A DNA stretch of 64,000 nt from Thermomicrobiales bacterium (GCA_049840815.1 JASGJI010000003.1:23503-87502), one strand, 5' to 3'; numbered from the stretch's first letter, positions 41,856 through 52,506 are shown. Notes: generated by a model from the sequence alone, not told the origin. Numbers and translations are program-made.

Positions 41856-42833
41856 TCAGCCCAGGGTGTCGGCGGGATCGAAGGCGTTCGCGGGTCGGCC
41901 CGTTTCCAGGAATTGCGCGATCTGCTCGCGCACGGTGGCCCACGCGCGTTCATCGCCTCGCTCGACCGCGCCCCCGACGTGTGGGGTGATCAGGACGTTC
42001 GGCGCATCCCAAAGCGGATGATCTGCTGGCAGCGGCTCGGGGTCCGTGACGTCCAAGCCGGCGCGAAGCCGACCGCTCGCCAGCTCGACGAGCAGGGCTT
42101 CGGTGTCGACGATCGGGCCACGCGCGGCATTGATCAGAACCGCGCCGTCCGGCATCGCCGCTAGGAATGCCGCATCCACCAGGCCAGTTGTCGCGGCGGT
42201 CTGCGGCACCATGATTACCACGGCATCGTGGGTTGGCAGCAGGTCCGGAAGCTCCGCCATCGTCCTCACGCCCTCGCGCGCGTGTCGTCCGACCAGCGTC
42301 ACCTCCGCGTCACAGGCGAGGAGTCGTCGCTGCAACCGTGTCGCGAGATCACCCGCCCCCACGATCAGGACCCGCTTTTCCTGCAATCCATCGCTGCGCA
42401 CACGTTCCCACGTTCGTGTCTCCTGCTGCCGGACGTAGCGCGGGAAGTCGCGGAAGATCGTGAGGAGCGCGGTGAGCGCCCATTCGGCGGTAGCCGCACC
42501 GTGTGCGCCCCGCGCATTCGAGAGGATCACATTCTCCGGCACCTTGCCCAGCCAGTTGTTCACCCCGGCGCTCAGGGTCTGGATCAGCTTCAGGTTGGGG
42601 AGGCTCGCCGGGAATCCCTGAAGGTCCGCGACCGTGTTCGCGCCCCCTGAGACGAGGATGCTCGCGTCCTCCGCCCCGATGGGCAGGTCCTCGCCGCGCG
42701 TATAGGCCAGGAGGCGGACATTCGGCAGCGTGCGCAGGATGTCGGCGGGAGACGCCACATTCCTCGAAGCGTGGCCGACGTAGGCATCGCTCGCGGGAAT
42801 CAGGATCGTGGTTGTGGTGGCGGTGGTCGGCAT
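41856..42833 (-). CDS. D-2-hydroxyacid dehydrogenase
   Basis: IQTLSAG, VGAGDL, NAARG, LDVTDPEPL, ITPHVGG. Confidence 0.93.
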   Translation of the reverse strand: MPTTATTTTILIPASDAYVGHASRNVASPADILRTLPNVRLLAYTRGEDLPIGAEDASILVSGGANTVADLQGFPASLPNLKLIQTLSAGVNNWLGKVPENVILSNARGAHGAATAEWALTALLTIFRDFPRYVRQQETRTWERVRSDGLQEKRVLIVGAGDLATRLQRRLLACDAEVTLVGRHAREGVRTMAELPDLLPTHDAVVIMVPQTAATTGLVDAAFLAAMPDGAVLINAARGPIVDTEALLVELASGRLRAGLDVTDPEPLPADHPLWDAPNVLITPHVGGAVERGDERAWATVREQIAQFLETGRPANAFDPADTLG

Positions 42834-42954
42834 GGCGATCTCCTGTGGCGGCGGAACGGGACGGCATCTGGAATCAGTGTGCCAGAAGCCCGCGCCAACT
42901 GGACCGGTCTGGCCTGGGGAGAAGTTCCGATACTTGTGAGAACGCCCGGTGCCC

Positions 42955-43389
42955 CTATTCCGCAACGAGCTCGATCTCGAAGCCGTCAGCATCGGTCAGG
43001 TATGTGGCGTAGTAGCCAGGTGCTCCATCCGGGGGCGCGATCCGGTCGCGGAGCGTCCAGCCCTGCCCCACCGCCTCTCGCGTGATGCGCTCCACTGTCG
43101 CGCGGTCGCCGCCATGGAAGGCCAGGTGATTCAGGCCGGGGCGATGCCGGTCGTGCGGGGTTTTCAGCATGTCCGGCGATTGTTCCAGCACGAGATAGGT
43201 GCCCGTCCCCGCGTGTCGCCAGCTGACGCCATTGGTGAACGTCTGGTACCGCGTGTAGCCGAGCGTCTCCAGGAGCCATTCCCAGGCGAAAGTCGCCCGC
43301 GCGAAGTCGGGAACCCAGAGCTCGATGTGATGCACGGCGCCCAAGGGTGGATGGCTGGGCTTGGGATCGTCGGCGGTCGGTTCGGACAT
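42955..43389 (-). CDS. VOC/glyoxalase family protein
   Basis: HHIELWV, GLNHLAF, DADGFEIELV. Confidence 0.9.
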   Translation of the reverse strand: MSEPTADDPKPSHPPLGAVHHIELWVPDFARATFAWEWLLETLGYTRYQTFTNGVSWRHAGTGTYLVLEQSPDMLKTPHDRHRPGLNHLAFHGGDRATVERITREAVGQGWTLRDRIAPPDGAPGYYATYLTDADGFEIELVAE

Positions 43390-43688
43390 GGTGGCTCCTG
43401 GGGGATGGTGTCGCGTGTGTCACCGATGGTTATGACGAGTGGATCTGCAACGGGGTGACCGTTGCTTATCGGTGTTCGGACATGAAGTGTGCCATGAAGT
43501 CACGAGTGAAAATCGACCTCCTGACATCCTGGACGGCAGATGCGCGCCACGATGCGGGACCTGCACAAGGGCTGGAAGTGGGTGTACGTACGGGGTGGTC
43601 GGGGCTGTGACGATGGGGTCACAGGATCGCGTCTTCGTTCACAAATGGTTTACGAGTGGTGCATATGTGGGATAATAGAGTTGAGATG

Positions 43689-43704
43689 ACACAATATATA
43701 GTGT
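43689..43704. promoter_or_regulatory. NrdR box
   Basis: ACACAATATATAGTGT matches the acaCwAtATaTwGtgt consensus, 36 nt upstream of the RNR ATG and just after a GATAAT -10-like hexamer. Confidence 0.85.
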
Positions 43705-43740
43705 GTCGATCCCTACGAGCGAACCCTCTGGAGCCTCAGC

Positions 43741-46200
43741 ATGTACGCACGCATCGCCGACGAAATCCACGCCATCGACCCGTCTCCCACGCTCACCATC
43801 CTGCCTGAGCCGGTGCCCGGCGAGGCCTTCGGGCCGGCGCTGATCGCGGCGCGACCGCTGGACGAGGGGATGGGCCTCGCCGTCGGGCGGCGTACCGTCT
43901 TCCGGCCGGAGGACGAGGAGGATTTCGGCAAGGTCGCGGATCGCGTCACGGCGGGCAACATGTCGCTCATCCCGAACCATGCCTGGCATCGCACCGAGCA
44001 CATCGGCCTGCGCAATGCCATCGCCACCGGCGCGCTGCTCACCTCCGGTCGCCACCTCCAGCACGGCGACCTGTTCCAGGCAGGCCGCAACATGGAGGTC
44101 TTCACGAACTGCGCGACCGCCATCGCCTCGTTCGCGAAGTTCTACCTGCTCCTGAATGGTTCCGGGGTCGGGCGTTCCTATGACGACGCCCTGATCGCCG
44201 TCGACTGGGGCCAGGCGCCGCGCCTGCACCTCCACCTTTCGCCCGAACACCCGGACTATCCGCATTCCCGCGCTGATCTCGTCCGCTTCGGCACCGATCT
44301 CTCCCTCCTGCCGTGGGGCACGACGCCGGAGACGCTCTCCGCCGAGGACGAGGCAAGTGTCCGGGCCTTCCTCGCGAGCGAGCTGCTTGCTTCCCTGGAG
44401 GATGCGCCCGCTGGGGCGCAGATTGTGACGATCGCGGACAGCCGCGAGGGGTGGGCGAAGGCGCTGGAGCAGCTCGAGGCGATGGCCTTCGTTGGGGAAT
44501 CGGATACCGAGCTTGTCTTCGACCTCTCCGACATCCGTCGTGCCGGCAGCCCGATCATGGGGATGCAGGGGCGTCCGGCTTCCGGACCGGTCTCGCTGTT
44601 GCGCGGGTTGCTCAACATCCGGCGGCACGTCATCGAGCCGGCCCGGACGCGCGATCCGCGCGGCGACGAGCTCCAACCGTGGGAACAGGCGCTGCTGGTG
44701 GATCACTACCTCTCCGTGGAGGTCCAGGTCGGCGGCGCCCGCCGGGCCGCGCGGATGGCGACGAAGAACTGGCGCGATCCCGGCGTGCTGCGCTTCATCC
44801 GGGCGAAGTCGGAAGGCGGCCTGTGGACGGCAAACCACTCGGTGATGGTCGATGCCGACTTCTGGCGGCGGGTGAACGGCGATGCGGATGAGCGCAACGT
44901 GTGGACGTCGCACGCGAAGCAGGTCTTTGAGGAAGTCACGCGTTGTGCCTACATCAATGGCGAACCGGGCTTCATCAACGGCGACCTCCTGAACGACCAG
45001 CGTGATGGCTCCGCGCGGCAGAAGCCGGTCCACCACGATGGCCGCGATTTCCGCAGCGACCGCTATCAGGTCGATCACGCCGCCGGCCTGCTGGCCGAGG
45101 TCTCCCGTCGCGCCCGGACAGCCGAGTTCCCGGTCACGACCAACCCCTGTGGCGAGATTGTGCTCCATGTCACGGGTGGCTACTGCGTGATCGCCGATTT
45201 CGCGCCGCTGTTGGCGTGTCCAGCGCCGTTCGAGTCCTTCGCGCCCGGTCAGGCACCGGAGGAGGTCGCGCGGGAGTGGGATCGCCGGGTGATCGAGAGC
45301 GTCCGCCTCGGTGTGCGCTTCCTGATCCGCGCCAACCGCATGAACGCCCTCTATGGGGAGGAAGTGGCGCGCACGAACCGGATCGGCATCGGCCCCACCG
45401 GTCTCCACGAATGGGCGTGGCAACGCTTCGGTTTCGGGTTCGAGGACTTGCTGGACGAAGAGCGGTCCGCGCCGTTCTGGGACATGCTTTCCCGCCTCTC
45501 TCATCGTGCCAAGTGGGAGGCGAACCACTACGCTGACGAACTCGGGATGACGCGTCCGAAGACGGTGACGACGGTGAAGCCGGCTGGCACGACGAGCAAG
45601 CTCTTCGGCGTCACTGAGGGGGCGCACCTTCCGGCGAGGCGGCAGTACCTGCGCTGGGTGCAGTTCAAGGGCACGCGCGACCCGGAGACGGGCGCCTGGG
45701 CCATGGGGAGCGACCCGTTGCTGCCGGAATACGAGGCGCGCGGCTACCCGTTGAAGGAACTGCGCACCTTCCCTGGCATGACGGTGGTGGGGTTCCCGAC
45801 GGTGCCGCTCGTGCAGCGGCTCGGGATCGGGGACGCGCTGGTGACGGCCCCGGAGGCGACGCCGGAGCAGCAGTACCAGTGGTTGCGCCTGCTGGAGCGG
45901 CACTGGATCGGGGCAGAGCAGGGGAACCAGGTCAGCTATACGCTGAAGGTGTACACCGATCAGGTGGATCTGGAGCAATTCCGGACGATCGTGCGGACGG
46001 AGCAGCCGCAGGTGCGGTGCTGCTCGGTGCTGCCGAGTCGGCCGGACGCGGAGCTGGGGTATGAGTACCTGCCGGAGGAGGAGGTCTCCGCCGAGGGGTT
46101 CGCCGCCATCCTCGCCGGCATCCGGGCAGATGACGCGGAACTCGCCGAGGACATCGACCTCGCGACGCTCCAGTGCGCGACCGGCGCCTGCCCGATCTAG
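43741..46200 (+). CDS. nrdJ: Class II adenosylcobalamin-dependent ribonucleotide reductase
   Basis: FTNC, GSGVG, DSREGW, GPVSL, GGARRAARM, GEPG, TNPCGEI, YCVIAD, RIGIG, TTVKPAGTTSKL, C-terminal CATGACPI; no beta subunit gene nearby; NrdR box. Confidence 0.88.
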   Translation: MYARIADEIHAIDPSPTLTILPEPVPGEAFGPALIAARPLDEGMGLAVGRRTVFRPEDEEDFGKVADRVTAGNMSLIPNHAWHRTEHIGLRNAIATGALLTSGRHLQHGDLFQAGRNMEVFTNCATAIASFAKFYLLLNGSGVGRSYDDALIAVDWGQAPRLHLHLSPEHPDYPHSRADLVRFGTDLSLLPWGTTPETLSAEDEASVRAFLASELLASLEDAPAGAQIVTIADSREGWAKALEQLEAMAFVGESDTELVFDLSDIRRAGSPIMGMQGRPASGPVSLLRGLLNIRRHVIEPARTRDPRGDELQPWEQALLVDHYLSVEVQVGGARRAARMATKNWRDPGVLRFIRAKSEGGLWTANHSVMVDADFWRRVNGDADERNVWTSHAKQVFEEVTRCAYINGEPGFINGDLLNDQRDGSARQKPVHHDGRDFRSDRYQVDHAAGLLAEVSRRARTAEFPVTTNPCGEIVLHVTGGYCVIADFAPLLACPAPFESFAPGQAPEEVAREWDRRVIESVRLGVRFLIRANRMNALYGEEVARTNRIGIGPTGLHEWAWQRFGFGFEDLLDEERSAPFWDMLSRLSHRAKWEANHYADELGMTRPKTVTTVKPAGTTSKLFGVTEGAHLPARRQYLRWVQFKGTRDPETGAWAMGSDPLLPEYEARGYPLKELRTFPGMTVVGFPTVPLVQRLGIGDALVTAPEATPEQQYQWLRLLERHWIGAEQGNQVSYTLKVYTDQVDLEQFRTIVRTEQPQVRCCSVLPSRPDAELGYEYLPEEEVSAEGFAAILAGIRADDAELAEDIDLATLQCATGACPI

Positions 46201-46204
46201 GCAC

Positions 46205-46253
46205 AACCCGCGACACCCCGGATGGATTCGTTCCATCCGGGGTGTCGTGGGTT
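46205..46253 (+). terminator. Terminator hairpin after nrdJ
   Basis: AACCCGCGACACCCCGGATGGA...TCCATCCGGGGTGTCGTGGGTT. Confidence 0.75.
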
Positions 46254-46902
46254 TGGCGTTTGGCGCTACGTGGTCGGGGGTGCCTGCTTGCGGCGGCGGG
46301 GCGCGGCGCGGACGTCTATTACGAGAGGCTCTGTGTAACTTCTTGGTGTCCGTTATCGTGGTGAATCCGTTGCGTGGTGGTTCACCGACCATCAGCGGCA
46401 GAACCTTCGTGCCATCGGCAAACAGTGCGATTTCGGCGCTGTTGGCGGGCCGCGAGACAGTGCGCGCGATCCGTGAGATCCAATGTCGGAGCCGGCGATC
46501 GAAGTAGAAGTCGTCGGCTACACATGGAGTTCCGCAAGATGCTGGGTCGACCACGTGATGAGATGCGAAGCTACGGTGGATGTTCGGGCAACGGTCGAGG
46601 CATGCGAGCGTCGATCCAGAGAGAGAGGCCAGGGTATAGGCTGCAGCGCGAACGTGGTTGGGACCATGCACGCGTCGGAGGCGTCACCATCGAGCGCCAG
46701 ATCGCCATCCCATGAGACATACATACAGAGCATTGTGAGAGGATGCAAGGCAGGTTCATATCGGAGCGTGCACGCCTCGTGTGTCGATCAGGGGAGATGT
46801 TGCTTGATTCCCAAGACATGCGCGGCCATAGACGGTCGCCTTTCGTCGGGGCAGATCATCGCAATGCGCAGGGAAGACGTTACACAAGATCGTTCCACCG
46901 CG

Positions 46903-48790
46903 TCATAGTAAGATGGGAGCGGAGGGTGTGATCGACGCGGTGATACTCGAACCCCCTTCCTCGCTTGGGAACGTGCATGCGACAACCGTACCATCGGCCG
47001 CCGCCTGCAAGGTGATCACGCGAATGGACGGGTCCAGCGAGGATTCGGCCTGCACCGCACCGGTCGCGGCGTCCAGGCGCACGAGGTGCTTGTCCGTGGT
47101 CGCGACATAGATCGATCCGTTCGCCCCGATCATGCTGCTCGGCATGCCGAGCGTTCCCGGTGCGGCGAGCGGCACATCCGGATACTGCCAGAGCTGTTGG
47201 CCCGTCAATGGATCGAGTGCGACGGTGTTTCCGGCGGGATCGGTGGCAAACAACAGCCCATCCATCAGGATCGGTCCACCCCCGGTCACTACGTCCGGGA
47301 TGGCGACAAGCTGATTGCTGGTCCAGACTTCCTCGCCGGTTGTCAGCGAGAACGCCGAGACGCGCAGCTTCAGCCGGGAGACCTTCATGGCATCGACCGT
47401 GAACGTGTAGAGCAGATTGCCCTTGGCGGCGAGGTCGCCGAACGGCTTAGCGGGTATGCTCCAGAGGGTTTCGCCGGTCCGCAGGTCGATGCGGCGAGAT
47501 CTCGCCCATCCCGTACTGTGAGGCCGTGTCGTTCCCGGAGACGACGATCGAATCGTCCACCACGAGCGCCGATATGACCGCGAAGTTGGCGTCTGCGGTG
47601 ATCTGCCGGGGGAACCCGCCAGTCCGGGGATTCGTGTCGGAGAGCGTCCAGCTTCGGCCCGGTCCGCCGGCTGTCGAGATCGGCGGCACGTCGAGCGCGG
47701 CGTTTGGTGTCGCTACGGCTGGCGTCGAGAGTGCATATGCCGGTCTGGTCGCGGTGAGATGGCCGGTCTCGACCCAGCCGATCTCATCCGTACCCAATAG
47801 CGCGACGAGCGTCCAGTTCATTCCACCAGCGGGTGTTTCGGAGTCGCCGTAGTTTTCTCCGCTCATCGAAACCGGCTGAAACTCCATGCCTGCCGGATAC
47901 GTGCCCAAAGGTCGAGCGTCGCTCATTGGCCGAGCTTTAGTGTCACAGTCGTGTTTGACCAGAGAGGCGCTGTCGCTGCCCCCACTTCCGGGCTCGGCGG
48001 AGCATCTGTCCTGATCCCGACCGGGACCGTCAGTTGGCCGTGCAGCCCGCTGCGAATCGCCGAACTATCCCCAGACGAAAAAAGCGAAGACGCCGCTGCG
48101 GAGCGAAACGTTCACCGATTGCGTGGTTCCTGCAGGAACATCGAGCGAGACACTGAGTGCGGGAATGCGGAATCGGTAGGTACGGCTCCCGTCGTTGGTG
48201 ATCTCCAGCGTCACCGTCGAAGGCGTACCTGGCGGAACGTCCAGCACCGCCGGGCTGAATCCGGCAGTCCATCATCGTGATCGTGATGATGGACGAGGGT
48301 GGCGGGGTGGCTGCGCCGAAGGCAACCTCGGAGGGCGTCGGCGCGGGCGGCGTTCCCGAGCGATCCCACCATCCCAGCGTGGTGAGGATGAGCGCGACCA
48401 CCACCGCGATCGTCAGGATCGTCGGGATCGCGCCGGTGCCGGAGGTCGCCCAGGAGGGCGCGGACGTGCGGCGTCGTGGTGCGGCACGTCGGTCCGGTGT
48501 GATGGGGCGTTGAACGGGGGTCGGGGCTGGCGATGGCAGTGGGTAGGCGTGCATGAGATCCTCCCGCAGGCGGGCGACGAACGCCGCATCCGGTCCCGGG
48601 GGATCGAGCGCGTGTATATCGCCCGGAGCGTGTCGATCGTGTCGATCGCGTCCGGGTCGGGTGCGTCATGGGAGGAGGGTGCGCAGTGATTCGCGCCGAA
48701 CACCGCCGCATCGAACGCGCGGTCGAGCGAATCCGCCTGCGTCTCGGCGGTGGGCGGGCGGTGGTGGTCGCGGGTGCGGTCGCGGTCAGG
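46903..48790 (-). pseudogene. Fragmented membrane-anchored anti-sigma candidate (TM, cupredoxin-like, SH3-like, PQQ-type beta-propeller)
   Basis: Collinear fragments in shifting frames: PDAAFVARLREDLM, TM ILTIAVVVALIL, VTLEITNDG..FRIP, NWTLV...GWV, DLRTGETLW/SLTTGEEVW/LDPLTGQQLW/LDAATG. Confidence 0.65.
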
Positions 48791-49421
48791 CGTGTCCGGC
48801 GTCCCTCCTGATGGGCGCGGTGGGTGTGGCTGCGGTCGTCGATGACGGGGGTGAGGGTGCGTGCAACTGCTTGCGAAGCTGGGTGATGGCGCGGAACTGC
48901 GTGCTCTTGATCGCCTGTGGCGTCCGTCCCAGCACCTGTGCGATCTCCGGCGCGGAAAGCCCCGCCAGGCGCAGATGCAGGATTGTCCGTTGGTCGTCGG
49001 TCAGCGTAGCCAGGGCAGCGTGAAGCTCTTGTGCCGCCTCGTCCGCCACGACGCGGTCATCGGGAAGCGCGGCGGGATCGGCCATCTCCCAGTCCGGTGC
49101 GAGAGGGCGCATGGGCCGTCGGCGCAGGGCGTCCATTGCGACGTGATGGGCGATGGTGAAGAGCCACCCCGAAACGATCCCTGTCCGGAGCGGGGATCGA
49201 AGCGGTGGAGTCCCGCCAACGCCTTCATGAAGGTCTCGCTGGTGGCGTCCTCTGCGGCCTGCCGGTTGCCGAGCAGGCGAAAGCAATAGGTATGGACGGC
49301 GGTGATGAGCGATCGTAGAGCAAGGCGAACGCGGCACGGTCGTGCCGGGCTCCGACTGCCAGGGTGGCGTCATCGTTTGTCCCGCCGCGTAGCGATCGCG
49401 TGCGATCGTCGAACGGTCCAT
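48786..49421 (-). pseudogene. ECF sigma factor with frameshifts in region 2
   Basis: Reconstructed across frames: AAFALLYDR / YCFRLLGNRQAAEDATSETFMKAL / WLFTIAHH..MDALRR; region 4 LTDDQRTIL...SAPEIAQVLG....IKSTQFRA. Confidence 0.85.
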
Positions 49422-49493
49422 CGTAGCGCGCTTATCTTCCTAAGGAGTGTGCGCGAAATGGTTCTGGGGGCTGGGACTTGGGGGATGGCGTGT

Positions 49494-49757
49494 TCAGGAA
49501 GGAGGGTGGTGCCGGCCGCGGCGCCCACGTCGCGAGACAGGGGCGGACATGGGGGGATGGAACGCCGCGCGGTCCTGCTTCACGATGTGTCGTGTACCGC
49601 AGTTCTCGCACGCGAAGCCGATCGAGACGACTCCCTGCGATCGGGTGCGCTTCAGCACCACAATGGGGAATTCATCCGTCAGCAGATTGTGATGGCTGCA
49701 TTGCGGGCACACCACATCTGATCCTATCCAGAAACGGTCATGTTCAGTATCCGCCAT
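49494..49757 (-). CDS. Small zinc-ribbon protein (CPQC...CENC)
   Basis: Two CxxC pairs about 30 aa apart; GGAGG upstream. Confidence 0.55.
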   Translation of the reverse strand: MADTEHDRFWIGSDVVCPQCSHHNLLTDEFPIVVLKRTRSQGVVSIGFACENCGTRHIVKQDRAAFHPPMSAPVSRRGRRGRHHPPS

Positions 49758-49909
49758 AGCTGGCGTTATTCCTCCGAGGGGGATCCAATCACCAACAGAA
49801 GTGTACCGCAACGGATAGGAAGAGTCTAGTACCATATGGCTATGGGCGGCCCGGGAGGTGTGAACGAACATTGCGATCATGCCATGGTTCCGGTGGAGGC
49901 GTCAACGCG

Positions 49910-49940
49910 AACGGCGTCGCCCCCGAGAGGCGACGCCGTT
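49910..49940 (-). terminator. Hairpin after the SBP remnant
   Basis: AACGGCGTCGCC...GGCGACGCCGTT. Confidence 0.5.
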
Positions 49941-49984
49941 TGTGCGATCGATGGGCCGTCTGGCCTATGCCGCGCGGCTGCGCG

Positions 49985-50185
49985 ACACGAGACCGTGCGC
50001 CAGTTGGCGGCGTTCCAGGTATCGTAGGAGAACGCCGCCGGGGCGATGTTCTCGGCATTCAACTTCCTGGATGCGCCCTCGTTCTGGCTGACACGCACCA
50101 GCGAGATGATTGCCACATCGTTCATCACCGGATCGTTCAGCGTGATGAAGAGCTGGGCCAGCTTCTCGGCGTCGGTCTCACGCTT
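49985..50185 (-). pseudogene. Remnant C-terminus of a family-5 SBP
   Basis: ETDAEKLAQLFITLND...DVAIISLV...ENI...F.Y..WNAANW aligns with the ends of the intact paralogs. Confidence 0.75.
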
Positions 50186-50595
50186 CGTGCCAGCGCCCGC
50201 TTTCGTTGGCGAACACATGGCGTGGTGGTAGTCCATCCGGCGGCAGGAACAGGGAGGACAACGCGTCCTCCCTTCCGGTGGAATGCGGCGGTCGAAACTG
50301 GCCGGCGCTCTCGATGAGGCCGGTACGACGGGACCCAGGGGAGGAAATCGGAGGGTGCGCGCGAGGCTCTGGGCGATTGTGGAATCGCCGAGGCAGCTTC
50401 ATGGCATCGATCCAGCCGGATCTTCCAGACATCCCGAGGGACGGTGCCACCGTATCGCGTGCGTGGGGCATGGGGAGACAGGCGGCCACCGCCGACCAGG
50501 CCGCGCTGGATTGCCTGCGGGGGCCACGAACGCACGACAGCCCGATCGGATGTTCCCGACCGGGCTGCGGTGTTGTGACGGACTGGTCGACCGAA

Positions 50596-52506
50596 TTAGC
50601 GGGCGAGGTTCCAGTTCGCGATGTTCCAGAAGTTGTACTCGAAGGCGCCGAGCTTGACGTTTTCCTTCTCGATCTTGTTGTTGATCGCGTACTGGTCGGC
50701 CGGGCGGTTCACCTGCGGGATCACCACCACGTTCTCGATCACGAGATCGTTCAGCTTGATCAGCAGCTCGTTCGCTTCTTCGATTGTCTTGGCGAGGCCA
50801 AGCTGTTCGAAGGCGGCATCGTACTCGTCGTTGTGCCAGCGGGTGGCGTTCTGGCCAGCCCAGCCGTTCGACTTCTGCGCGATGTTGGCAAGGTCGACTC
50901 CACCATAGTAGGCCGACATGAAGCTGGTCGGGATCGGAGACGCCGCGTTGCTGGTGTACATCGCGATGTCCCAGTACATGTGCCCGATGTTCTGCTCGTT
51001 GCCGGCCGCGCTGTCGAAGTAGATGCCGGCGTCGATCTGCTCGAGCTGGACACCCACGCCGATCTTGTTGAAGGCCTGCTTGACGACCGCCTGTGTCTTC
51101 TGGCGGACCTGGTTGATGGAGGTCGCGTAGGTGACCTTCAGCTCCACGCCGTCCTTCTTGCGCGTATCGCCGTCCATTGCCCAGCCGGCCTCGTCGAGGA
51201 TCTTGTTCGCCTCGTCGATGTTGAACTCCCACTTGGTGTTCGGGGAGGTGAAGGCATAGCCCTCGCCGGTGAGGATGTTCGCCGTCGGCGGGATCAGCTC
51301 GCCGTAGAACTCGTGGGCGATGATATCGCGCGGCACCGCCACGTTCAGGGCCTTGCGCACGGCATCGTCACCGAGCACCGGGTTCGGCGTGTGGACTTCC
51401 GACCGCTGGCCGTCGACTTCCTTGTTCGGATCGGAGAAGTTCATGATCAGGCGTTCGACGCTGGTGCCGGGGTCGGCAACCAGTGAGGCGATCGTGCTGC
51501 TCTGAACCATGGCGCCGATGACAGCCGGCTCCACCTGGAGGTTCCAGGCGTAGTCGTACTCACCGGTCTCCAGCACAGCGCGGGCCGCCGAAGCCGCATC
51601 ACCACCGCCCTTGATGATGGCGGTCGCGAACGCCGGCTTGTTGGGCTCGCGGTACTTCTCGTTGGCCTTGTAGGTGACCTGGTCGTTCGGGGAGAACGTG
51701 TCGATCACGAACGGGCCGGTGCCGATCGGATGCGTGAGGAACTCGTCGTTGCCGTTCAGCGGGTCGTTGTTGAACTTGTGGGCCGGGTAGATGTACCCGT
51801 TGGTGCCGCCGGTGAACGGCTCGAACCATGCCGCCGAACCGGCCTTGAACGTGGCAACCGCGGTCAGCTCGTCCGGGGTCTCGATCTTGTCGATCACCTG
51901 CCAGACAGCGGAGGAGACGGAGAGGTTGCTCGTGCGCTCGGTGTTGGTGATCCACTCGAAGGTGAACTTGACGTCGTTGGAGGTGAACGGCTCGCCGTCG
52001 CTCCAGGTGACATTCGGGAGGAGCTTGAAGGTGACGGTGGTCAGGTCTTCGGAAACGCCACCATTCTCCACACTCGGGACTTCGGTGACGAGGCGCGGGA
52101 AGATGGTGCCATCCGGCAGGTAGCCCATCAGCGGCTCGACCACGAGGCTGCCCGCCAGGTAGTCCTTGGTGCCGGTGGCGTTGTGCGGCGAGGCCATGGT
52201 GGGGGCCTGCCAGAGGATGATGCGGAGCTCGCCGTCCTGGCCGCGAGTCTGGCTCTCGGTGCCGACAGCCGAAGGACCAGTCGCCCCGGCAACCGGGCTG
52301 GCCGATGGGGTGCCTTCCTGCCCCTGGTACATCGCGAGGCCGTTCTTCGAACCGCCCGCGGCCGCGATGGCCACCGCGTTCGCCGAGAAGAGGGCCGCGC
52401 TGAGTCCAACGCCCAGGGCACTGGCGCGGGCAAGGAACGAGCGACGATCGATCTCACCGCGCTTCAGCGAATCGACCAGTTGTGCGTAGGGGCCGAGATG
52501 AGCCAT
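50596..52506 (-). CDS. Family-5 ABC substrate-binding protein, Tat-exported
   Basis: DRRSFL Tat motif, WSDGEPFT, PIGTGPF, WNIANW; GGAGG RBS. Confidence 0.94.
   Translation of the reverse strand: MAHLGPYAQLVDSLKRGEIDRRSFLARASALGVGLSAALFSANAVAIAAAGGSKNGLAMYQGQEGTPSASPVAGATGPSAVGTESQTRGQDGELRIILWQAPTMASPHNATGTKDYLAGSLVVEPLMGYLPDGTIFPRLVTEVPSVENGGVSEDLTTVTFKLLPNVTWSDGEPFTSNDVKFTFEWITNTERTSNLSVSSAVWQVIDKIETPDELTAVATFKAGSAAWFEPFTGGTNGYIYPAHKFNNDPLNGNDEFLTHPIGTGPFVIDTFSPNDQVTYKANEKYREPNKPAFATAIIKGGGDAASAARAVLETGEYDYAWNLQVEPAVIGAMVQSSTIASLVADPGTSVERLIMNFSDPNKEVDGQRSEVHTPNPVLGDDAVRKALNVAVPRDIIAHEFYGELIPPTANILTGEGYAFTSPNTKWEFNIDEANKILDEAGWAMDGDTRKKDGVELKVTYATSINQVRQKTQAVVKQAFNKIGVGVQLEQIDAGIYFDSAAGNEQNIGHMYWDIAMYTSNAASPIPTSFMSAYYGGVDLANIAQKSNGWAGQNATRWHNDEYDAAFEQLGLAKTIEEANELLIKLNDLVIENVVVIPQVNRPADQYAINNKIEKENVKLGAFEYNFWNIANWNLAR

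Noticed and set aside
43639-46671. 1010-aa minus-strand ORF
   Set aside because: Antisense shadow of nrdJ caused by high GC3; Arg/His/Gly-rich with no motifs. Its first part (46200-46671) could not be assigned either.
46483-46908. 141-aa plus-strand ORF after nrdJ
   Set aside because: No RBS, atypical Cys/Ser/Arg composition and no recognisable motif
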